From: an uncultured Alphaproteobacteria bacterium
GTDB lineage: Bacteria > Pseudomonadota > Alphaproteobacteria > Rs-D84
DNA length: 64,000 nt
Assembly: GCA_944389345.1 (NCBI GenBank)
Contig: CALXMA010000002.1
Span: 75,406-139,405, forward strand
Reading direction: 5' to 3'
Position numbers and translations under genes: made by a program. Below, in pieces: positions 9,063 through 18,251 of this stretch. Position 1 is the stretch's first letter; each line of letters opens with the position of its first letter. Below the pieces are notes generated by a model. The model ran no database searches and was not told where the DNA came from. It saw nothing but the letters and a program-made list of their open reading frames with translations.

Positions 9063-10085
9063 TTAGAATGCCAAGTTCAAACGAACCCCAACTTCGGCCT
9101 TGACATCTGTGCCGTTCTGGGAATTCGCATGTGCATCGTCGAATGTGTATTCGCCGTACAACGCAACCTGGACATTTTCTGTCAACTGGTTCGCAACAGA
9201 CAATGTAACGATGTATTCGTCAAAACCATCGTTCATGTCAGACAGACCCGCAATCAATGCATCAACACTTGGTTTTACCATGTTGCCAATAACTGGTGCC
9301 CAATCAACATCTGTGGCCAAGCCTTTGACCCCATTGTCTGCGTGATGATTGTATTTGAATCCCGCGCCAAATGACCATGCGTCATTCAACTGATAAAACG
9401 CGTTCAAACCAAAATTAACCTCGGTCGCGGATTTCAGGTCAACGGATATTTCATCCGGCACACCCGCCATCGACAACATACCACCCATTTCTTGGTTCAA
9501 ACCGGCAATATCAATAACGTTATTGCTGTTGCCAAATGTTTTCAGAACTTCGACAAATGCACTGGTCGTTAATTTTTCGTTCCATGTTTTACCAAAACGA
9601 ACACCGGCATCAAAGCCCCAACGGCCGTTGGAATAGTTGTCGTATTTGAAACCGTGGGACGCAGTATACGAACCACGCATTTTATTGATACCACCCAGGT
9701 GTGCGTCTGCATAGATATCTAAAACAATATCATCAGACGTTTCAACCGCACGCCATATCAGACCCAAACGGCCGTGATTCATGCCCTTGCGGTCAACATC
9801 ATCGTCATGTGTGTACGCAAACGCACCACGAATTGCGATACGGTCAGTAATACCGATACCCAAATCTTCTTGGACACGCCAAATTGGGAATTCGGTTGCA
9901 CCGTCGTGTTCCTTTAACTTGTGCGCGTCAGAATCATCCGCGACCTTTAACATCAATCCGCCCGATGTTTTGGAATAAAATTCACCAGCCGTCGGCATAT
10001 ACAACGGATTTTCCAAATTAGCAGCCATCGCAGGCGTCGCCAAGACAGATGCAACCGCCGCTAATTTCAAACTTTTTTTCATCAT
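9063..10085 (-). CDS. Outer-membrane beta-barrel protein (porin-like)
   Basis: Signal peptide MMKKSLKLAAVASVLATPAMA. Beta-strand periodicity. C-terminal ...AEVGVRLNLAF. Confidence 0.7.
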   Translation of the reverse strand: MMKKSLKLAAVASVLATPAMAANLENPLYMPTAGEFYSKTSGGLMLKVADDSDAHKLKEHDGATEFPIWRVQEDLGIGITDRIAIRGAFAYTHDDDVDRKGMNHGRLGLIWRAVETSDDIVLDIYADAHLGGINKMRGSYTASHGFKYDNYSNGRWGFDAGVRFGKTWNEKLTTSAFVEVLKTFGNSNNVIDIAGLNQEMGGMLSMAGVPDEISVDLKSATEVNFGLNAFYQLNDAWSFGAGFKYNHHADNGVKGLATDVDWAPVIGNMVKPSVDALIAGLSDMNDGFDEYIVTLSVANQLTENVQVALYGEYTFDDAHANSQNGTDVKAEVGVRLNLAF

Positions 10086-10125
10086 TTAACTCCTTAGTTT
10101 GCGATGAAATGAATGTACACAGCCC

Positions 10126-10176
10126 CCATTATTGGCAAGACCGCGGGTCATATCCGCCCCGCCCATTATTGGCAAC
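10126..10176. repeat. 14-bp direct repeat CCCATTATTGGCAA x2 in a divergent promoter region
   Basis: Exact copies at 10126-10139 and 10163-10176 (37 nt start to start), between the OMP gene and the 10318 ORF. Confidence 0.6.
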
Positions 10177-10317
10177 AGTGCGTTTTTGTGATACAACCGT
10201 TAACCAGGGTGCTATATTATGTGAATAATGTCAAAATAATTTTTATTAGCCACTTGTACCGGGCGTTTGCGAACCTATATATACTTGAACAAGAACATTT
10301 AACCATGGGGGTGCATC

Positions 10318-10878
10318 ATGGCAAACGATGAATTCAGCACAAATATGAAAATTATCGCCGGCGTAAATGTTCAGCGTGACGAACAAAAACGCGAACTGGC
10401 CGATGCGGACAAGAAAAAACTGTCGTCTGCATATTTCCAACTGTTTTACAATTTGACATTCGCAAATTGGTTGCGTGGCGGAAATCTGGGCACGGCATGG
10501 TATCGCGCGTTGGCACAAATGCAACAGTTTGTTAATTCTAAATCCGCAAAAAATCCCGCCGGACTGTATCTGCGCCAGGTGTTGTCTGCACATAAAGCGC
10601 GATGGGCCCAGGTGATGATGACAAGTCCGCATCGCAATGATGTTATCAGTGCATCACCAGAAAAAATACAACAATGGAACCAACGGGTCGCACGCGCAAC
10701 AACCCAGGCGATGAATGGCCTGAACACCACATTGGCACAATATGAAAAAAACGTACCGCACACGACAACAAATGTCGCCAATGCCCAGGGAACCGATGCG
10801 TACAAAATCGCAATGCAGAAAATGCAACAGATGATTATATTGGAAATTCAAAAAAGACAAAATGGAATGGTTGCATAA
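10318..10878 (+). CDS. Hypothetical protein (186 aa, helical, Q/A/K-rich)
   Basis: Long ORF ending at a strong terminator. No motif recognised. Confidence 0.55.
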   Translation: MANDEFSTNMKIIAGVNVQRDEQKRELADADKKKLSSAYFQLFYNLTFANWLRGGNLGTAWYRALAQMQQFVNSKSAKNPAGLYLRQVLSAHKARWAQVMMTSPHRNDVISASPEKIQQWNQRVARATTQAMNGLNTTLAQYEKNVPHTTTNVANAQGTDAYKIAMQKMQQMIILEIQKRQNGMVA

Positions 10879-10880
10879 TT

Positions 10881-10905
10881 AAAAACGCCCAAGTGGGCGT
10901 TTTTA
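10881..10905. terminator. Bidirectional intrinsic terminator
   Basis: AAAAACGCCCAAGTGGGCGTTTTT between convergent genes. Confidence 0.8.
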
Positions 10906-12150
10906 TTATTTATGCTTGTATGCCAATATATACGGCGTGAACGCATCGGCGAATTCTGGGGGCAACCACGCACGCGGGACAAGCAAAGAATTATGCTGGC
11001 CCGCCGACATTTTTGGCAATATTTCGCCATTCTTGGCATTTATAACGTTGCGTATCTGGACCGTTGGACCATGCAAGACGCCCGGCAAAATAAACGTTAT
11101 GTTATCACCGGGGCGAATCTCGTTCCTTAGTTCCAGTGTTATTGCGTCTGCGTTTGTATTCGTGATAACACCCGCGACATGCCAATCTGATGTTGAACGT
11201 GCACTGGTGTAATTATGCGCGTCTGGGCCCAATACACCATCAAAGAACGCCGTTGTATATCCGCGCGTTTCCAGTTTATTTAATTCATCCATAAAAGGCG
11301 CAGAATCAAAGTTGTCTGGGTCACGGGCGTACGCATCCATCGCCATACGATATGCGTGCACAACCGCGCCAACGTAGTATTCACTGCGATTGCGACCTTC
11401 TATCTTTAACGAATCTGGGCGTGATTCTATTACCGCGTCCAGGCGTGGCATCAGGCACAAATCACGCGCATTCAGGATATATGCGCCATGTTCATCTTCG
11501 TCCAGTGGCATTTCAATACCCGTTTCGTGTTCGCGCAAAATTACATCATATTTCCACCGACACAATTGCGCACACGCACCACGATTGGCCGGACGACCAG
11601 TTATGAAATTAGACAACAGGCAACGCCCAGAATAACTCATACACATTGCGCCATGAACAAAGATTTCCAATCCCATATCTGGGCATTTTTCACGGATAAC
11701 CTTGAATTCATCATGTGATACTTCGCGGGCCAACACACACAGCCGTGCGCCCGCACGTTGCCAGAACTTTACCGATTCCGCCGAACATATATTCGCCTGG
11801 GTCGATACGTGTATCGGCATATCTGGGAAATGTTCGCGTACCCACATCATAACACCCGGGTCCGATATAATCAGCGCGTCTGGGCGCAAGTATTCCAACA
11901 CATCCGCCACGCGGTCCATATTCGCGAAATCGCGTTCGTGCGCAAACAGGTTAAACGCCAAATAAACACGACGCCCCGCGGAATGCGCCAACTGAATCCC
12001 CGCATAAACATCGTCCACCGTTATTTTAGCACGCGCGCGCATAGAAAAACCCGGCAGTCCCGCGTAAATTGCATCTGCGCCATATAAAATGGCGGTCTTG
12101 AATGCGTCCAGCGTACCCGCCGGCGCCAATAATTCAGGTAATTTAATCAT
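10906..12150 (-). CDS. Peptidase U32 family protein (YegQ/TrhP-like)
   Basis: 414 aa. N-terminus LPELLAPAGTLDAFKTAILYGADAIYAGLPGFSMRARA and the conserved E..HGAMCMSYSGRC segment are typical of U32. Confidence 0.85.
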   Translation of the reverse strand: MIKLPELLAPAGTLDAFKTAILYGADAIYAGLPGFSMRARAKITVDDVYAGIQLAHSAGRRVYLAFNLFAHERDFANMDRVADVLEYLRPDALIISDPGVMMWVREHFPDMPIHVSTQANICSAESVKFWQRAGARLCVLAREVSHDEFKVIREKCPDMGLEIFVHGAMCMSYSGRCLLSNFITGRPANRGACAQLCRWKYDVILREHETGIEMPLDEDEHGAYILNARDLCLMPRLDAVIESRPDSLKIEGRNRSEYYVGAVVHAYRMAMDAYARDPDNFDSAPFMDELNKLETRGYTTAFFDGVLGPDAHNYTSARSTSDWHVAGVITNTNADAITLELRNEIRPGDNITFILPGVLHGPTVQIRNVINAKNGEILPKMSAGQHNSLLVPRAWLPPEFADAFTPYILAYKHK

Positions 12151-12207
12151 AGTTATTATATTTTTTACGCTTATTTGAATAATGCAAGCAATTTATGATT
12201 TTTTAAC

Positions 12208-12236
12208 TTGAATTTTGTGCGTCGGCAATGTATAGT
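12208..12236 (+). promoter_or_regulatory. Sigma70-like promoter of tRNA-Thr
   Basis: TTGAAT (12208-12213), 17 nt, TATAGT (12231-12236), about 10 nt before the tRNA 5' end. Confidence 0.6.
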
Positions 12237-12246
12237 AAAGCACATT

Positions 12247-12322
12247 GCCAGTTTAGCTCAGCTGGTAGAGCATCTGATTTGTAATCAGAGGGTCGTTGGT
12301 TCAAGTCCGACAACTGGCACCA
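12247..12322 (+). tRNA. tRNA-Thr (anticodon UGU), CCA encoded
   Basis: Manual cloverleaf: GCCAGTT/AACTGGC acceptor, GCTC/GAGC D stem, TCTGA-TTTGTAA-TCAGA anticodon arm, GTTGG-TTCAAGT-CCGAC T arm, ACCA. Confidence 0.9.
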
Positions 12323-12325
12323 GGA

Positions 12326-12356
12326 TAAAAAACCGCCCGGTTGGGCGGTGTTTTTA
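12326..12356. terminator. Bidirectional intrinsic terminator
   Basis: AAAAAACCGCCCGGTTGGGCGGTGTTTTT. Confidence 0.8.
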
Positions 12357-12360
12357 TTAT

Positions 12361-12888
12361 TTATTTTTTCTTTTGCTTTTTGTTTTGAGACCGGTTTTTG
12401 GACGATTTATCCGACGCGCTGTCATAATCAGCAGGTGTGTCTTCTTCGTCATAGTATGCGTCATATTCTACGTCTATGTCCGCGTTTTTGATTTCGTCCA
12501 GGACATGGCGCGCACGCGGATTACGGTCAGAATATTTTTTCAAGCCCACCAATAATGCACCCGATACTAATTTTTCTAAATCATCTGTTGATATGTTTTC
12601 TGATACGCGGTCGCGAATGTTTGACGCCATACGTTTTACTACGCGTTTGGCCTTATACAGCAAAGAATGATGACGACGATGCATTGCAATTATTTCCATT
12701 ATCCACATCGCAATCAAAAACACCAGCAATGGTACCGCGACACATACGATAAAGTATTTTAATAATCCGTCTGCACAAAATGTCGTTCCGAACATCGCCG
12801 TGCATGTACGTGGACTGTGCAACAACAATATCGCAACGATTTCATATATTGACAGTATTGTCAGGCCGATTTTTGATTTCAAGAACAT
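12361..12888 (-). CDS. Hypothetical membrane protein with acidic then Lys-rich tail
   Basis: 175 aa, two or three N-terminal TM helices, C-terminus ...SSKNRSQNKKQKKK. No recognised domain. Confidence 0.5.
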   Translation of the reverse strand: MFLKSKIGLTILSIYEIVAILLLHSPRTCTAMFGTTFCADGLLKYFIVCVAVPLLVFLIAMWIMEIIAMHRRHHSLLYKAKRVVKRMASNIRDRVSENISTDDLEKLVSGALLVGLKKYSDRNPRARHVLDEIKNADIDVEYDAYYDEEDTPADYDSASDKSSKNRSQNKKQKKK

Positions 12889-12918
12889 TTCTTTTCCCCT
12901 TTTGTTTTATTACGTTAT

Positions 12919-13659
12919 CTAGAACTGCATAAATCTGATACCCATCAGTATGGTCCAATCTGCACGCGTCCAATTACCGCCCAGTCTGTGGCCGGCACGA
13001 ACCCAAACACCCGTGGTTTTATTCAACATGGTCCCCAGTTCTAATTCAGCCAAAAATTCTTGGCGACCTGTTTCATAATTTACCCATACCTGGGGGTCGG
13101 CCAATACCCACCAACCATTGTTGGACGCATAGCCCAATAATACGCGGTATTGTCCCTGGTTAATGTCGGGCGCAAAATCTGGGTCTGTGTTATGTAATGA
13201 TATAAACTGCTTGGCAACCAATGCGCCAAAAACATTATGACCGAACGAATACACGTATCCCAATATCGGATCAAATGTATACTGTTGCGCGCCCAATGTT
13301 TTTTCTGTGGCGGTGGGTAAAATAAATTCTGTGGCACCGATTAAAGTATGACGGCCCCAGGTATGCTGGCCACGGGCACGCAAAGTTAAATCGCCCAATC
13401 CATTGTCTGAAAATCCATGACCGCTGTATCTGACCAACGGCAATTCTGCGTTGATACCAAATACACGGCGAATGGCGTGGTCGTATTTGAATGTTAATGA
13501 CGTAACAGACGTATCACCCAATGCACGCAATTGTGGCAACAGTTCCATCTTTGTCAGGTTGTCCGCCGGGTTAACACCACGGGCATTATTATTATCATCG
13601 GCCGCCCATACGGTCGGCGCGATTAAAGTCAGCAAGACTGCGACCAGTGTTCTTTTCAT
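12919..13659 (-). CDS. Outer-membrane beta-barrel protein (MetA-pathway/transporter-like OMP family)
   Basis: Start at MKRTLVAVLLTLIAPTVWA (signal peptide). C-terminal ...ILMGIRFMQF. The family assignment is tentative. Confidence 0.6.
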   Translation of the reverse strand: MKRTLVAVLLTLIAPTVWAADDNNNARGVNPADNLTKMELLPQLRALGDTSVTSLTFKYDHAIRRVFGINAELPLVRYSGHGFSDNGLGDLTLRARGQHTWGRHTLIGATEFILPTATEKTLGAQQYTFDPILGYVYSFGHNVFGALVAKQFISLHNTDPDFAPDINQGQYRVLLGYASNNGWWVLADPQVWVNYETGRQEFLAELELGTMLNKTTGVWVRAGHRLGGNWTRADWTILMGIRFMQF

Positions 13660-13729
13660 ATTTGTTTCCTGTTTGTTTTTTTTGTGTATTGTTATTTTGA
13701 CAGGAACGAATATGAAAATCACCAGGAAC

Positions 13730-13762
13730 AAAAACCCACCGCAAATGCGGTGGGCGTTTTAA
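13730..13762. terminator. Intrinsic terminator (after cvpA, bidirectional shape)
   Basis: AAAACCCACCGCAAATGCGGTGGGCGTTTT. Confidence 0.75.
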
Positions 13763-13782
13763 TTTTATCTTTGATAATAACC

Positions 13783-14673
13783 CTATTGCGAACCAGACGG
13801 ATTTTCCGGTGTTCCATATTCTGATTCGGGTTCCGTTGTCGCGTCATCTGTGTCAATTTCGTCCGCAGAATTTTCCATTTCGGCCGTTGCAGATGCCGTG
13901 GCATCCGTGGCCCCGGTGTTATTTTCATCGGGCGAATTTTCCGCGTCTGCCGTTGTGGCGGCGGCACGTTCTTCTTCGGCACGGGCAATATTCGCGATTT
14001 GCAATAACTGCTTTTCCAGGTCGGAACGTTCGGACGATTTATATCCCGTTTCCGTTGGGGCATCGCCATCTGTTTTCTGGGCATCATCCGACACCGCCGG
14101 ATTTATCAGGTTATTCAGAATTTCTATATTTGCCTGGGTTCCGGTCATATCACGCGCCAACAATTTACTGCCCGGGCCGGGGAAAAACCATTCGTCCAGT
14201 TTTACCGCGGTTAATTGCATAATCGGGCGGGTGCGCGCATTTTCAACCCATGGCGCCGGACGTGGTGCATCCGAATAATACCACAGCGTCGCCCAATACA
14301 CCAACCCCATAATAACAATACCACGTATCAGACCAAATATTATCCCCAGCGTACGGTCTGTGACCTTCATAATACTGTTTTGGATTCTGTCGCGCAGGCG
14401 TTGGTTAAAAAATCCGACCAACATCAATATGACAAAGAACACGACGAAATACGACGCGACCAATGTGCCAACCGTTGATGCCGTCAGACCAAACCAATCC
14501 TGTAACAGGCCGTCCAATAATGGCGAAATAAAACGCGCCGCAAATGCCGCGATAACCCACGACAGTGTGGCAACCATTTCATATATGCCCCCACGAACGG
14601 CGGCCCATATCGTGGACGCCACCAAGACGCCCACGTATATATAATCCAAAGATGTTAAATCCAGCATAACCAA
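13783..14673 (-). CDS. cvpA: CvpA-family membrane protein with long acidic C-terminal extension
   Basis: N-terminal four-TM region (LDYIYVGVLVASTIWAAVRGGIYEMVATLSWVIAAFAARF...) is like colicin V production protein. C-terminal ~100 aa is D/E/T/A-rich. Confidence 0.7.
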   Translation of the reverse strand: MVMLDLTSLDYIYVGVLVASTIWAAVRGGIYEMVATLSWVIAAFAARFISPLLDGLLQDWFGLTASTVGTLVASYFVVFFVILMLVGFFNQRLRDRIQNSIMKVTDRTLGIIFGLIRGIVIMGLVYWATLWYYSDAPRPAPWVENARTRPIMQLTAVKLDEWFFPGPGSKLLARDMTGTQANIEILNNLINPAVSDDAQKTDGDAPTETGYKSSERSDLEKQLLQIANIARAEEERAAATTADAENSPDENNTGATDATASATAEMENSADEIDTDDATTEPESEYGTPENPSGSQ

Positions 14674-14698
14674 TCCAAACAGTTAATTATCAAAGATT

Positions 14699-15280
14699 TT
14701 ATTTTTTCTTTTTATCTTTCTTGACCAAAACAAATCCCAATGCGGCAACCAGTACAATTAACAGAATATAGAAATAGACCGGTGATGCGTTGTTATTTTT
14801 TTTTTCGATGTCGGCACTGGCGGCATCGGCGGCATTGAATTCAACAATGGCATTTTGACGATCAGAATGCTTTGCCTTGAATCCTTCGGGGTCAGCCTCT
14901 AATGCCTTTTTATTTTCGGCGGCATCGGCACGTTCGGCGTCGGACATATCAACTTCTATGGCGTCGCGCAATTCCTGTTGCATTTGATCGGCATAACCCT
15001 GAAAGCATTTTTCGCCAACAACAACGACCGGAACGCCACCACTTTCGTATTCGCATTTCTTTAACACGTCTTGGAATTCGGGACGATTTGATTCTTCCAT
15101 AACGTTAATTTGAACAATGTGCAATTTTGGATATTCGTACACCAGATTATTTACCATAAATTCACGCGCATGATGGCAATGCGGGCAATACGGGGAATAA
15201 TATAATCTGATATCGGCGCCAAACGCAGTGCCAACAAAAAACAGTCCAAACAGTGCAGATAACAGTGATATTTTTTTCAT
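14699..15280 (-). CDS. Exported thioredoxin/glutaredoxin-fold protein (CPHC) with C-terminal TM anchor
   Basis: Signal peptide. RLYYSPYCPHCHHAREF active-site motif, GGVPVVVVGEKCFQGY. C-terminal TM helix plus KKDKKKK. Contains a T10/A10 homopolymer at 14796-14805. Confidence 0.7.
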   Translation of the reverse strand: MKKISLLSALFGLFFVGTAFGADIRLYYSPYCPHCHHAREFMVNNLVYEYPKLHIVQINVMEESNRPEFQDVLKKCEYESGGVPVVVVGEKCFQGYADQMQQELRDAIEVDMSDAERADAAENKKALEADPEGFKAKHSDRQNAIVEFNAADAASADIEKKNNNASPVYFYILLIVLVAALGFVLVKKDKKKK

Positions 15281-15397
15281 AACTTCTCCTTTGTCTTAGT
15301 TCCGATTATAGAAACATGCCCCGCCCTGTGCAAGCCATTTTTAACCTAAAAATTCATAAAATGATTATTTACAAAAAATGAGGCAATTGCCCCATTT

Positions 15398-16801
15398 TTA
15401 CCGTACTCGCAACACGTCAACATATCTGTCATATACCACGGGTGTTCTGTTTATGGTATAAATGCGGTCCGTGCGTTCCGAATTAAACCATACATACAGC
15501 ACATTCGTCACGTCATCGCCATACCATGGATTCGGCATCGACGGAACATAGCGTGTATAATTATTTCCAAACACCACGCGGAACGTGTTGTCAAACACCT
15601 GGGACCATTTGTCTTTGAATGTCCAACTTTGTATAACGTTCACAATCAGAACACCGTCGGCGTCCACATGCGATTTCAGGCGTTCCATAAATTCCGCAGT
15701 AATTAAACCTTCGGGAATTTGATACGAATTCGAAAATACGTCCAGAACAATTATTTTGTACTTGTCCGGTGTATTTTTCAGGAACTGGCTGGCATCTTGG
15801 ACAACGAATTTTTTATTTGGGGTTAATTCATATTTCAAGAAATATTTTTCCGAAATATCTTTTAATGTTGGTTCGACGTCAACGTATGTATACGAATTAA
15901 ATGTGTCGTGCAGACCAACCGAAAAACCACCCGCACCCAATACCAAAATATTCTGGGGAACATCATTTGGCAACGTATTTATGAACATAGTATTTATGGC
16001 CTGGGCATACATGGCGGTATTGCCGTTATCATCCATTATGGACATAGGCAACTGATTCATAAACAAAATCCGGGAACCGTCAAACCATTCGTCAACGGAT
16101 ATTGTTGACAGTGCATTATTTACCAAAATACCGTAACGATTACGCTGGACATAATCACTGTTGATAATTACGGTCGGGATAATAATCACAGCACCAAAAA
16201 CCATAACCCACCATTTTGGATGTGTGATAATCGCCGCCAATACAGCCAGCAAAACAATTAAACTGACCGTGTTATTTACACCGACAAATGGCATCAATAA
16301 TAACGTGGTCAGCAATGATCCAACAACCGAACCAATTGTGTCCCATGCCATAATGTTGCCGGTGTAATTTGTGTTGTATTTGTGCAAATATCTGGACAAC
16401 AGGGTCGTGTTGAACCCGAACAAGAACGGCCCAATCGACAACAAAACAAACGAAAAGATAAATGTTTGAATGACACTGGAAAATACACCGTGGTCCAATA
16501 ACCAATTAAAGTACCCCGATACCAATGGAAAACTGGCCGCCAGGCATGCGAATGTCGCGATAATGATGAAACTGGCACTTAATATCGTTTTGATTTTCTT
16601 GTTTGGTATTTTTTCCGAAGACCCCAAGAAATATCCCAACGACATAAATCCCAAAAATGTGCCCATAATAATACTGGTGATAACCGCACTGGACCCAACC
16701 CAGAACGCCAATTGGCGTAAAACAATCAATTCAAAAGATAAACTGATATACCCGTTCAGAAATATCAAAAATATTAACCAAAAACGCAATTTTTTACTCA
16801 T
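15398..16801 (-). CDS. Membrane-fused spermidine synthase-like (aminopropyl/methyltransferase fold) protein
   Basis: 467 aa. ~7 N-terminal TM helices, then ILVLGAGGFSVGLHD...VDVEPTLKDISEKYF...IIVLDVFSN, typical of the SpeE-like fold. AT-rich by eye. Confidence 0.7.
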   Translation of the reverse strand: MSKKLRFWLIFLIFLNGYISLSFELIVLRQLAFWVGSSAVITSIIMGTFLGFMSLGYFLGSSEKIPNKKIKTILSASFIIIATFACLAASFPLVSGYFNWLLDHGVFSSVIQTFIFSFVLLSIGPFLFGFNTTLLSRYLHKYNTNYTGNIMAWDTIGSVVGSLLTTLLLMPFVGVNNTVSLIVLLAVLAAIITHPKWWVMVFGAVIIIPTVIINSDYVQRNRYGILVNNALSTISVDEWFDGSRILFMNQLPMSIMDDNGNTAMYAQAINTMFINTLPNDVPQNILVLGAGGFSVGLHDTFNSYTYVDVEPTLKDISEKYFLKYELTPNKKFVVQDASQFLKNTPDKYKIIVLDVFSNSYQIPEGLITAEFMERLKSHVDADGVLIVNVIQSWTFKDKWSQVFDNTFRVVFGNNYTRYVPSMPNPWYGDDVTNVLYVWFNSERTDRIYTINRTPVVYDRYVDVLRVR

Positions 16802-16867
16802 GAATTTCTCCCTGTTAATTGGTGATGCTAGTAAAAAACTGTTTTTGATTCAAGTATGAAAAACATA

Positions 16868-17176
16868 CTATCTGACATGCAAGAATCGCACGTCGTCAAA
16901 TTCTGAATAGCGACTGAACACGGCGGTGGCGTATGGACACATTGGTATTACTTTGCGATGCTGACTGCGTGCCAGATTCGCGACACACCGGACCAGATTT
17001 AATCCAACATCCTTGTCTTGTTTGTATTGGTCGGAAATAAACGTATAGTCTATTATCATTTTATCGCCACCACTTTGCACGAACGTGATTTCACCAATAT
17101 GATTACCGCCACAGTTCGCATAAAAACCAAAACCATTCGGAAATATATCGTATGTTATGTTTTCTGTGTCTGACAT
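16868..17176 (-). CDS. Small GNAT-like N-acetyltransferase (YjdJ-type)
   Basis: Start MSDTE directly after the ldh terminator. ...HIGEITFVQSGGDKMIIDYTFISDQYKQDKDVGLNLVRCVANLARSQHRKVIPMCPYA pattern. Confidence 0.6.
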   Translation of the reverse strand: MSDTENITYDIFPNGFGFYANCGGNHIGEITFVQSGGDKMIIDYTFISDQYKQDKDVGLNLVRCVANLARSQHRKVIPMCPYATAVFSRYSEFDDVRFLHVR

Positions 17177-17186
17177 AATAAAACGC

Positions 17187-17215
17187 GCCCCCATGCGTGA
17201 TTATAGCATGGGGGC
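17187..17215 (-). terminator. Intrinsic terminator after ldh
   Basis: Perfect 10-bp stem GCCCCCATGC/GCATGGGGGC with a 9-nt loop, followed on the minus strand by GCGTTTTATTATG. Confidence 0.75.
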
Positions 17216-17257
17216 CATCGTGTTATAAATCGGATTGTTATCCGTAATTATCACATG

Positions 17258-18187
17258 TTAAATACTGTCAAAATTTTTGCGGATTATTCGGGCACTGCGC
17301 CGTAATTCCGCAGATTCCCCAGGCGATAATTTTGGACGCAGTGTCGCCACCGCGCCGTTTGCCCCAACGACACGTGGCAATGACATCGCAACCGCATCCG
17401 TGCCCGCGCCATCAACACAACTGACCGTTAAAATTCTGTGTTCGTCATTTATTATGCAACGCAATAAATCAGCCGTCGCCGCACCTATGCCATCCCACGT
17501 TGCGCCACGACCGCGGATTATTTCGTACGCAGAATTACGCACACGGTGCGTTATTGTATTGCGCGTCGTCTGGGGCAAAGATATTTTCATCTGGCGACAA
17601 AAATCATCCAGTTTTAATGCACCAACCGCCACAGATGTCCAATCGACAACACTGCTGTCGCCGTGTTCGCCCAAAACGTACGCGTTAATTGAATGTGTGG
17701 ATACCGATAAATGGCGCGACAATATCGTACGCAAACGTGCAGAATCCAGCATCGTCCCCGTACCAATAACACGCGACGTCGGCAGACGCGATAATTTATG
17801 CGCCAACATCACCATGACATCCAACGGATTAGACAGAATTATTATCTTGACCGTTTTGGCATCTACGTTCGCCATAACACGCGGGATGATATCAGACATC
17901 ACGTTCGCGTTATTTTTTAACAAATCCATGCGCGTTTCACCGGGCTTTTGGTTCGCACCCGCCGCGATAATTACTATATCACTGCCCCGGATACCACGAT
18001 AATTGCTGGCCGCGGTAATTTTTACGTCAAAACCAAAACAAACCGCATGACCCAAATCATCCGCCGCCGCGCGCGCACGCACACCATCGCGATCAAACAA
18101 AACTATTTCATGAACAAACCCAGTGTTTTTAACCGCCGTCGCAACCGCAGAACCAACGGTGCCAACACCAATAATCGCTATCTTCAT
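17258..18187 (-). CDS. ldh: L-lactate/malate dehydrogenase family (LDH-like)
   Basis: MKIAIIGVGTVGSAVA Rossmann N-terminus, LFDRD, YVLGEHGDSSVVDW catalytic-loop motif. The longer 18295 start would overlap proS. Confidence 0.8.
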   Translation of the reverse strand: MKIAIIGVGTVGSAVATAVKNTGFVHEIVLFDRDGVRARAAADDLGHAVCFGFDVKITAASNYRGIRGSDIVIIAAGANQKPGETRMDLLKNNANVMSDIIPRVMANVDAKTVKIIILSNPLDVMVMLAHKLSRLPTSRVIGTGTMLDSARLRTILSRHLSVSTHSINAYVLGEHGDSSVVDWTSVAVGALKLDDFCRQMKISLPQTTRNTITHRVRNSAYEIIRGRGATWDGIGAATADLLRCIINDEHRILTVSCVDGAGTDAVAMSLPRVVGANGAVATLRPKLSPGESAELRRSARIIRKNFDSI

Positions 18188-18251
18188 TCCCGTCCCCTGT
18201 GTTATATCATATAAATTATACCATAAAAAATCCCGCATGCGCGGGATTTTT

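Noticed and set aside
10130-10185. TTGGCA within the 14-bp repeats as sigma54 -24 elements
   Set aside because: No GC element lies at the required spacing for the TGGCAC-N5-TTGC consensus.
10318-10340. N-terminus MANDEF... resembles the ANDE/ANDN start of alphaproteobacterial tmRNA tag peptides
   Set aside because: It is the start of an ordinary 186-codon ORF. There is no tRNA-like domain, no resume-codon context and no tag ending. Coincidence.
12208-12555. 115-aa plus-strand ORF
   Set aside because: It runs straight through tRNA-Thr and its terminator and translates the tRNA sequence (...LAQLVEHLICNQRVVGSSPT...). Artefact.
17277-18002. 241-aa plus-strand ORF
   Set aside because: It is antisense to ldh, with an S/R/A-rich low-information translation.
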